Part shown: positions 1 through 9,821 of the stretch, in pieces
Layout: each line of letters begins with the position of its first letter
Numbering within the stretch: position 1 is the stretch's first letter
NCBI RefSeq assembly: GCF_000143415.4
Contig: NW_003314277.1
Coordinates: forward strand, 1,074,868-1,138,867
Reading direction: 5' to 3'
Source of the DNA: Selaginella moellendorffii
Lineage: Eukaryota > Plantae > Lycopodiophyta
Length of the DNA stretch: 64,000 bases
Translations under genes and position numbers: made by a program
Notes under the pieces: generated by a model
The model's database searches: none
Told to the model about the DNA's origin: nothing
The model's input: the letters and a program-made list of their open reading frames with translations, nothing else

Positions 1-2506
1 CGAGAAACTTTACCTCTTGTTGAGCAAAGTCACATTTGCTCTCTTTAGCATACAGCTGGTGTTCCCTTAGTTTCTCAAACACCTTCGTCAAGTGTTTGGC
101 ATGCTCCTCTAGCATTTCGCTATAGATCAGGATGTCGTCAATATAGATGACCACAAAGTGATCCAGATAGGGTACAAAGATATGGTTCATCAACGCCGAA
201 AACGTTGCCGGCGCATTGCATAGCCCGAAGGGCATCACCAGAAACTCGAAGCTCCCATACCTCATTCGATAGGTTGTCTTCTCGACATCTTCCTCCGCTA
301 CCCTGATCTGGTAGTATCCTGACCTTAGGTCGATTCTCGAGAATTATTTTGCCTTTCCCAACCTATCGAACAGGTCCTCAATCCTTGGCAAAGGGTATTT
401 GTTCTTCTTTGTATACTTGTTGAGCAACTGGTAGTCTATGCACATGCGCATAGACCCATCTTTCTTTTTCACAAATAGCATCGGCGCCTCATACAGCAAT
501 TTGCTCAACCTAACATACCCCTTGTCTACCAACTCCTCTAATTGACGCTTGAGCTCCGCGAGTTCTTTTTCGTTCAAACAATAGGGTGGACGAACCACCG
601 CCTCAGCGCCCTCGACCAACTCAATCTTATGTTCTATTGGTCGTGCAGGGGGCAACCTTGCCGGTAGCTCCTCTGGCATGGTATCCTAGAATTGGTCCAA
701 CACCCGCTGAATCACTAAAGGTGCTTCTTCCGTTCCTGTCTTTTTGTCACTTCTCACTGAGAGTAAGCACAAAAATGCAGCCTTTGTCCCTTTAGTGAGT
801 TGTCCTCTCGTGGACACCAAGTTTATGCACGATTCTTTGGCCTTGCATTGCCCTACCTTTAAATCCTGGGCCTCCACCCTGGATCTTCTTCCTTGGGCAT
901 TCGCTAGTACCACAAGGTTCCTACCTTGTCCATGCAGGGCTACCACGAACCGATTAAACCAATCCATCCCGAAGATCACGTCAAATCCCGCCATGTCCAA
1001 CACGGTGAAATCCATGTCTACTTTCCAAGTCCCTACTTCGACTCTTGCTTGTCGAAGTACCTCATCGGTGCTTTGGCTACCTTGAACAAACTCTATAGTC
1101 CTTGGTTCGCCCAGCCGCTGCGCTGTTAGTCCGGCTTGCCGGACTATGTCTGCAGCCACAGAATTATCCGAAGCACCCGTGTCAATAAAGATCTTAACAA
1201 AGCTACCTCCGAGCTTCCCCCGGAGGGCTAGTAGATGTCGCGAACGACTCTCTACCAAAGTTGCTCGTGTAATAAGTAGCTTTGAGCTAGGGACTGGATC
1301 ACATACCTCATTTTGGACTTTACCCGATTTAATGGCTATATTGGCTCTAGCCTTCTTCGGGTAGGGACATTCCCTCGAAAAGTGTTCCACTTCACCACAG
1401 TTGTAGCATACATTGTTTCCCACGCTACTAAATGACTTGACCTTCTTATCCGTGGGTTTGTCTCTTTTTGCTTGACTCCCCCACGTACTTGCTCGTTGGC
1501 CACCGGATTTGCCTTTCCCGAACCCCGAGGACTCATTCTTAGAGAAACTCTTCTTGAATTTCCCCTTGCTATATGTTCCCCTCGGTTTGGCCCCTTTGTG
1601 AAACGTGGACCCCAACCCTGTCGCGTTCCCTTTTCGCAGGTTATCGTTGAAATGCACCTTGATAGCCGCATCTAACGCTTCCTTGTAGTTGGTTGGGTTC
1701 CAGCGCATCACTTCACTGCGAGCCCAGGTTTGCAAACCTGATATAAAGGCATGGAACGCATCCATATCCCCCATGTCCGTGACAAATATCCTCTTTGCCA
1801 TGAACCCATTCACATATTCCTGGATGGTTCCAGTCTGCTTCAGCCTACTCAACTCATCTCTCAGATGCAGAGTGGCATTCGGAGGAACGTATGTTGCGCG
1901 GATCCTCGCCTTCATTATGTCCCAAGTGGCCACTGGTCCTTCGTTGGCCTCCGTCGTTCTCCACCAAGACTTGGCATTATCTGCCAAGTATGGTTTTGCA
2001 CATAGGACCTTCTCCGAGCTTGGTAACCGCAACGCTCGGAAATAGTCCTCCATATCGTAAAACCAATCCTCCACCACCTTATAGTCATTCACTCCCTTGA
2101 AGACCGGTGGGGGCTTTCGTTTGTACTTAGGGACTGCCTGAGGGACTGATTCCACTTCGGTCTATTCGACCTTGTTTGGTTTTGCCTCAGTCCCTACCGA
2201 AGGGTCCGCATCTTCTGCGCTGCCAGCATCCGCAGTCTTTCGCTTTTTCTTCCGCTTCTCGTCACGCCTTAGTTTGCGTACGAGAGTCTCTAGCAGGGCA
2301 TTGGTCTGTGCCAACTGTCCTTCTAGAACATCCAATCGAGCCTTGGACGACCGAACCTCGCCACCAGACTCCTGCTTGGAAGTTTCCTCGCTAGAGTCAT
2401 CCTCATGCAAGGATTCCTCATCCACAGCCTCTTGTTCGACCGGAGGCTCCAGCTCTGGCGGAGGTTTCGTCTCCGCCTTGGTTCGTTTGCGCCCCGCCTT
2501 TGCCAT
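1..2506 (-). mobile_element. Ty3/gypsy LTR retrotransposon gag-protease-RT, defective; runs off the left edge
   Basis: ORFs 2162-2506, 686-2155, 344-679 and 1-343 share one frame separated by in-frame stops (TAG 2162-2164, TAG 686-688, TAA 344-346). Motifs: gag core AKSWW, zinc knuckle CYNCGEVEHFSREC, aspartic protease IFIDTGAS...[20 protein letters not shown] / [11 protein letters not shown] / IDLRSGYYQ / MPFGLCNAP / YIDDILIYS. Protease directly followed by RT is the gypsy order. Confidence 0.96.
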
Positions 2507-2550
2507 CTCCCAGCAATCCGCCTCTATCCTTCGCTAGAACTGAGGAAAAG

Positions 2551-2562
2551 GCTCTGATACCA
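2551..2562 (-). promoter_or_regulatory. Primer-binding site complementary to tRNA-iMet
   Basis: Plus strand gctctgatacca is TGGTATCAGAGC on the minus strand, 3 nt inside the LTR end (...TTACA). Confidence 0.92.
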
Positions 2563-2565
2563 AAT

Positions 2566-3691
2566 TGTAAACCACAAATTTTTCCTTTTCAATTTGCCAG
2601 CTTACCTCATCTATCTGTCCAACACTACCTTGGCTTTTGCTAAGTTCCCTTGCCAAGGTTCTCGCCTATGGTACCAGCTCCTACTTGGTTTCAGCTACTC
2701 ACTGCACAAGCGACCGAGCGTTAGCCATCCTTCCACGGATTCCCAAATCACTCCCAATCCCCCTCCCGGAGTTAGACTGGACTTAAGGTTCGGCTACACT
2801 CCCCGCAAGCACAAGCAGCCAAGCACACCAAGCTTCCAGATTCCTAACATCCCATGGTACCACAAGACTTGATCATGGGACCCTCTAAATCCCAAGTCTT
2901 GAGTGCAACACTTGCTTCGGGACGCCGGGGCGAAACACCGTGGCCTAGCGGCCCGGTATGGGTACCTCTACCCCCCCACTTCCATCCCGAAGGAAGGCCC
3001 AAGCCCCTAGGGAGGGCGAGGACCAATGAGCCGTATGGTACTCAAGTGGGGCACCACTCCACATGAGCCGGGAGCACTGCAATCGGTTTCCCTTTTGGGA
3101 GTGGGAGCTGCTCTTGAGCACTTCCCTGGATGGCCCCTCCGGCACCAACCAAGTCCATGCTCACTCCCACCCAAGGCCCCTCGGTCCCAGTCTCAACCTC
3201 AAGTCGGTTTGGAAGCCCCACTGGAGAGTCCCTTCAAAACTGGTTCCTAGACCTCACTATCCCTACTATACTTTTGGAACCCCCTACAGCCGCCCCCCCC
3301 CCTGGGAGACACACGCTTTGGGCTTTCACCCCTTGACCTGTATTAGTATTTAGACGTAGTCTCTGGCTCGATCTCGGACCCGATTTCGGATCCGACTTCG
3401 GATTCGGTCTCGGACTTGATCTCGAACTCGATCTCAGACCCGACCTCGGACTCGGTCTCGGACCCGATTTCGGATCTCGGACTCCGTCTCGAGCTCGGTC
3501 TCGAACTCGGTCTCGAACTCGGTCCTCGAGTCGGTCTCGGGCTCCATTCCGGACTCTATCTCGAACTCGGTCCTAGAGTCGGTCTTGGACTCGATCTTCA
3601 ACTTGGTCCCATCCGATGAACTCTTTGTCATTTTGGTCATGCTTTCGGGGTTCCTTTAACCTACGACACCTCAGCAAGTTAATTCCTTACA
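2566..3691 (-). mobile_element. 5' LTR (~1.13 kb) of the gypsy element
   Basis: TGTAA...TTACA termini (tgtaa at 2566, ttccttaca ending 3691) next to the PBS. Its right ~645 bp recurs at 4553-5201, also ending in ttccttaca. Confidence 0.85.
3360..3610. repeat. Degenerate CTCGRN hexamer tandem array inside the LTR
   Basis: Runs of ctcgga/ctcggt/ctcgaa/ctcgat. Similar arrays at ~4405-4550, 4848-5120 and 42310-42415. Confidence 0.9.
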
Positions 3692-5201
3692 ATAGTCTTA
3701 TCTCTCAAAAACTAGGCCACCCATCCATGAGTGGTCATCCCTTGACCACATTTTAGCACCCTTAGGATGCCTAGAGATGAGGAACACCCTTCCCCAATAT
3801 CCTTTCTTCAATCTCTACCAAGTCCCTCTCCAAACACGGTCGTGTTCACTAATATTGCTATTGAGTTATAGCTTGAGGGCCCGACCACTAAGTCCCACTG
3901 ACATCTGGGACATCCTCACCATGTGACCATGCCTTTGGTCACTATGCAAAAGGATTACTCATCTTCCCTTCTATAATCCAGAACTTTTGAACAATATTTT
4001 GAAACACTATGGCTCTATACAAGCCTTGTATGTACTCTCCCCACCTTCCACCCTTAAGTGCCTTAACCATATAGGTAGAGCGAGGTTTGGATGAACCATA
4101 CTAGGTATCCAAATAGGTAGTGCCATTCACACTTGGATTAAGAGCATTGACTATTCTATTTCCTAAGGGAGCTAAAGCCGGCTCTTGAACACTTCACTAA
4201 GTTACCCCATTTTTCCATCTATGTTCACTCTAGCATTGGACTTCTCAGTGGTTATATCATCACCCACCACATGAGTATAACCTTCCTTGGCTACATTAGG
4301 CTTTCCTAGCTAAACTGACTCCACTAAAGTCTTTCCCCTACTATACTTTTAGAGCTCACCAAACCCCTTAGGGTTTAGGAGATGATCACTTTGAGCTTTC
4401 ACCCTCGGACTCAGACTTAGATTTGGTCTCGGTCTCTAACTCAGTCTGGGTCTCGGTCTTGATCTTGGTCTCGGTCTTGGTCTCGACCTTGACTCAACCT
4501 TGGACTCGACTATGGACCTAGTCTCGGTCTCCATCTTGGGTCTATCTTAGATGGGGCACCACTCCACATGAGTCGGGAGTACCGCAGTCAATTTCCCTTT
4601 CGGGAGTGGGAGCTGCTCTTGAGCACTTCCTTGGGTAGCCCCTCCGGCACCACCCGAGTCTATGCTCACTCCCACCCAAGGCCCCTCGGCCCCAGTCTCA
4701 ACCTCAAATCAGTTTGGAAGCACCACTTGAGAGTTCCTTCAAGACTGGTTCCTAAACCTCACTATCCCTACTATACTTTTGGAACCCCTGCAGCACGCCC
4801 CCCCCCCCGGGATGCTTTGGGCTTTCACCCCTTGACTTGTATTAGTACTCGGACTCGGTCTTGAACTCGATCTCGGACCCGACTTCAGACTCGGTCTCGG
4901 ACTCGATCTCGGACCCGATCTCGAACTTGACTTCGGACTCAACCTCAGACTCGGTCTTGAACCGATCTTGGATCTCGGACTCTGTCACAAACTCGGTCTC
5001 GAACTCGGTCTCGAGCTCGGTCTCGAGCTCGGTCTCCGAATCGGCCTCAGGCTCGATTTCGGACTCTATCTCGAACTTAGTCTCAGAGTCAGTCTTGGAC
5101 TTGATATTAAACTCGGTCCCATCTGATGAACTCTTTGTCATTTTGGTCATGCTTTTGGGGATCCTTTAGCCTACAACACCTTAGGGAGTTGGTTCCTTAC
5201 A
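3692..5201 (-). mobile_element. Composite LTR remnant: second-family LTR piece (3692-4552) joined to a partial copy of the first LTR (4553-5201)
   Basis: 3700-4410 aligns by eye with 41655-42315 (e.g. catgagtggtcatcccttgaccaca, cacacttggatt, gagctcaccaaaccc). 4553-5201 aligns with 3047-3691. Confidence 0.75.
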
Positions 5202-5914
5202 CATTCAACTAACAATTTCCATTAAAACAACTTACATTTTGCATAACTTCATTATTGATACAGGTGACATAGGGGAAATATACATTGAGCATGAGCCAGT
5301 GATTTATCGACCACAAAGCTGGCAATTGGAGCCTCATGTTGTTGCTACAAATCTTAGAAACATTCTCACTAATTATGTAGTAGACTTAAACAAATCCACT
5401 TGAAGTTCACGAATTATTTTATTTAGCTACAAGTATCTTTAGTGTATTGATTTGCATGCTTACTAATATGTCATATTTTGCTTGCTTTGTGTCCACAAAA
5501 GTTTTGCAACTGGATCCTACGCTATAGTGAATGGAAATTTTCTTATGGATGGATTTGGAAATGCCAAGTAGGAGTAAACAAATGGTATGTAGTCTTAAAT
5601 ATATTACAATTACTTTTTATTCTATTTTGTTTTTTTTTTTTTTTTTTGTGCAAAAACAAGCCTAGTTGATGATCTGAGTGATGAGTTGATTGAAGACCAG
5701 ATGCCAAAGAAGGCTTTGAGTCCAAACAACAAGTTGAACATAAGCTACCAATTGATGGTGTTCTCAATCACCTATTCCTAAAATTGATCTATTTTCTAGT
5801 AAATCATTACATCTTCATTAGTTCAGCATCTCTCTCGTTGCTTCAAAGATAGTAATCAGCAACACTGTAAATTACAAAAGTGAAGTTCATGAATAAGAAA
5901 ATGAATTGACTTAC

Positions 5915-6720
5915 CAAAGAATCAACAATTGCAAACAAAGCTTGAGATATTTAATCCACACTCTTCACCATTTGGCTATCCATAATTAGAGTATGCTTCA
6001 TGAATTCTTCTTTCTTTAGATTTTGACAACAAATTTCCTTCTAGCTTTCTTCCATTGTATTAATAAGGCTCACATTATTGTCATGTAGTGCTCTTGCAAG
6101 TTGTTCTACAAGTTGTGTGCAAGACTTCTTCCTCAACCAGTCTAAACTATGTTTTTCAGGATTGTTGTTATTTCCTGTTATTGCCAAAAATGATTATGAA
6201 CAAAAACTACAAAACATACCTTCAAGCTTTAGTTCTCCACATGGAGGTGATGATGATCGTTGTTGTGAAGCTCTTGGTGTCAATAATGGTGATCACTAAA
6301 ATGTAACTGGTGAAGACATTAATTCTTAAATTTGTCCTTGTGAATTCACAATTTGACGGTCTTGAAGCCCCTTGTCCATCATTGTGTAGAGTTGATTATA
6401 AAATTTTGGTTTCACAACATTGCTTCATTATCATGTTCTAGTAACTGCTTCTGCTAGTAGGAACATGATATTTACATAACTTGATTTTGTTGAACTCTTT
6501 ATAGATATACTCCCACCGAAATTGGCATTGCCCAGGCAAATGGTTGACATAATGTGTCAAATAGTAATTGCAAACTTAGTGAACGACTGGAAGTCTGAAA
6601 AATCCAAAACTTACTCAAAGACTTGTTGCTAACAAACAACTACAATCTTTTTTTGTGCCTCTCCTAAATGCTACTTCATTGTTATAAGAAGAAATCATGC
6701 TTCTTTGTTTCATTCAGAAT
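5915..6720 (-). pseudogene. Decayed trihelix / Myb-SANT-like gene (ASR3/SH4-like, or a Harbinger-type accessory ORF)
   Basis: The minus strand at ~6400-6545 translates NHLPGQCQFRWEYIYKEFNKIK...SY*NMIMKQCCETKIL*, which resembles the trihelix pattern QCxxRW..FKKI..SYWxM. ~5915-5990 gives QMVKSVD*ISQALFAIVDSL. Multiple stops. Confidence 0.5.
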
Positions 6721-7877
6721 CAATAATTCATTCAAAGACCAATGTCCTTGATTTCTAACTGGTTTTGGAGGCTTCAATGGAGTAGGAGCAATAAAATTCC
6801 CCTTGCTGAATTAAGAACTATAATATAGGACCTCTTGTTGATATTGAGTGGAAAACATAATCTCCAAGTCATTTAGCTGCTACTCTCCCATTCCGCTCAA
6901 CCCTAAAACCAAAAATTGACATGTCAACAATAGTTGCAGGAGGAAATAATTACCATATTAACATTTTAACCTACTATTGCAGGTTTGATAGTGGTCAACC
7001 AGCTGGGCTTTTTTTAAAAATCATTCAAATTGATTTCATTGTCACAAGGCCACTGTCAAAAAAATGACAATGACGGTGACATGTACTAGGGCAACTTCAC
7101 TTCAAATTGCTGATATGGCTATCAACATTTGACTGTAATGGTCACATGTGCAGCATTGGAAAGTTTATTCTAACCATATGGTTAGGGCATCTTGGTGGTG
7201 AAGGTAGTGGGAGTACCCACAAAATTTATATTAGGTTATAATGTTTTAAAATGTTATCTTGAAATCTCTAATTGTGAGGAAACAAAAATGATTAATCCTT
7301 TTGCTTAATAACCAAAAGTATTACAGAGTGAGGAAGTTCTAAAGGTCATTAAAACTTAGTAGACCTTTAAATCCCATCCCAATAGCAATGTTGGTGAGCA
7401 CTACCATGAATTGAGAGGGACTTGGTGCAGATTAAAGGAAGAAAACTAAAGGAATGTGTCTCCTTAAACTTTAAAGCATTTTAAAGATGCTAAAAAGTGG
7501 TTATAGGGTTAGAGGAAGGATTATTATACACTAGTTTTATATTATAATCCTTTAATATCTCTAATTCATGGGTTATGAACATTGGAGTAGAGTGGCTTAG
7601 GGTAGCTAGAAGGCTACAAAAGAATGTTATATAGCAATGGCTCTAGCATCATGTGAAACATTGACTTAAGTAGTATAAGGGAGATCACTATGTTTTAGTC
7701 AATCAAATACCTACTTAAATAGTAATTTGCAAAGAAAAATTACTCATTCAAATTATGGCATAAGTATCAAGAATTAGATGGTAAAAGATACTAGGATAAT
7801 GAAAGTAAAAATTCCTTTTTATATTTAAAATAAATATTAATAAAAATGATAACATTCAGATATGTTGAATAAAGAAA

Positions 7878-8726
7878 TTATGTTACACATAAGTAATGAC
7901 TATGTAAAATCCACCAAATAACATTAGGATATGCTGCTAGGTAAATTTTTAAATTACAATCATTTTGAATAGTTAAGTATGAAGATATTATACAATTAGG
8001 TTGATTAGAACAGTATTTATTGGTTGTCCATAATACTCTTTTATTACTATATAAGACAAGGTTACCATCATTTTGGAGTTTTAGTACACAAATAGTATCA
8101 TGGTTTATAAAAAATTTTGTTCCCCATATCTTTACGGTTTTATAGAAAATAATAACTTGACAATTTGATGTTACCATTAAAATAACTTTACCATTTGGAG
8201 AAAATAAATATTAATTTTGTTGTAGTTGTTGTGGATTATATAATGTATGTTGTCTAAGAAAGCATACAGGATTAGAAGTTTCACTAAAGTTAAATTGTAA
8301 CCTATTATGAAATACCCACTCTTGAATTAATTTATATTGCATAAAATATCCTTTATTTTCATTTTCAAAAAAGTCTGGACAATTAAGTTGTATATAATTA
8401 ATATTTGCATAAAAAATCCTTTCAAAAGCAGCTATCAAAATTTTACCTGTAATTGTTTCTTCATTTTCACATTCATACTTTATTTTGAATCTGAAATCAA
8501 GAATTTCTACTGAAGTACTAATAAGCTCACCATCTGAATAATCCATAGGATATATTTTATTATAATCTAATTTAGATAATAGCTTTTGAAATATTGTACT
8601 AATTTTTACAATGTCCCGAGGATTTAAAATTCTAAATCTCCCAAACTTTGGTTTATAAATTGGTGCTATAACATATCTTGGAAAAAGAAAAACTATAATA
8701 AAAATGAAATTTAATTTTTGTATCAT
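7878..8726 (-). pseudogene. Secreted GNA/bulb-type (B-lectin) protein with an extra N-terminal domain, interrupted by one in-frame TAA
   Basis: ORFs 8211-8726 and 7878-8177 are in the same frame: ...TLYNPQQLQQN*YLFSPNGKVILMVTSNC...LQNDGNLVLY...WTTN...LTIQNDCNLKIY. QNDGNLVLY fits the QxDxNxVxY mannose-binding motif. The N-terminus is hydrophobic and signal-peptide-like. Confidence 0.72.
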
Positions 8727-9821
8727 TGTTTAGTGATTTATAGACTTCAAAATGACTTTAATTGAAACTCAGATAGTTTTAATATTACCACAAATATTCT
8801 ACAATTGTTCTTTTTTATGTGAAAGATGAAAGTGAATACGGGAATAATATATAGCATTTACAAAAATTTCTAGTTTATATAGTTATGTTGGAAGAATCCC
8901 ATAACTTACACCCACTTATTGTTGTGAATGTTTGCTTCTATTCCACATCCATTATTTTTAATGAGAAATAAAAACTAATTGATTCAAGATGTAATTTTAT
9001 ATTTGGGGTGGAAAACAAAGAACATTTGAAGTGGTTATTTGGCTTCTTCCCCGGCATTCTTGTAGCATATAAAAAGACAAAAAGAGAAAAATTAGTGATG
9101 GACACGTGGATATGTTTTCCCTTTGTAAATATTTTAAATAAACAACTTAGAGTAATTTAGTTTTACTTTTTTAGCTTACTGTAATAATAATTTTGAAATT
9201 AAGAATGGAGAAATTTTTTGCTAGAATTCACAGCATATTAGAATAAACTCTTTAAGATCTATTTAGTAAAATTTTAGCATTTCCCAATTTACCTTTACAA
9301 TTTCAATAATTCCCAATCTACCTCTTCTTTTTAAGGACATCACACATTGGTGACTTATTCTAAAACCAGGGGAAACCCAGAGTTCCTTTAAAGAAAATTG
9401 TCCAAATATTTTCTCCATAGCCATTGTGGCTATGGAGTCATTCTCTCAGAGCTGGAAAATATAAAGGCTAAGTTATGGCAATAGAAAATTTGCTATCTGC
9501 CCATGTTGATTCTCTTTCGAAATGTCTACACAAGATCTTTCAAATGCAAGTCTGTATTGTGAGGCCAAATGCATCTAAGGCCTCATTGCATCCTGGTTCT
9601 AGGCAGATTGGAAATTGTAGGAATATAAAAAAAAATTCTTAACACTAATTTATGCTTCTTTTCTTTTGCCTGGCATATTCTTAAAAAGATATTTGTTCAT
9701 AGGGTTTAGGGTTTAGGACAGGAATATGCTTCTTTATACCTTTCTGCGGAGAGGGCTACATTCTAGCAGGGAGAGCGCGGACTGATACATTCGAGCTATG
9801 AGCACCAAGGGTTAGGTTTTT

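Noticed and set aside
3360-5170. CRISPR-like array, or SE/TE-repeat proteins (ORFs 3434-3640, 4842-5150, 4861-5169)
   Set aside because: These are spacerless hexamer tandem repeats inside LTRs of a plant genome. There are no cas genes, and the ORFs arise from a stop-free repeat.
8211-8213. Stop removal by U-to-C RNA editing or programmed readthrough
   Set aside because: The context is nuclear, with no organellar signature and no recognisable readthrough motif. A nonsense mutation or sequencing error is simpler.
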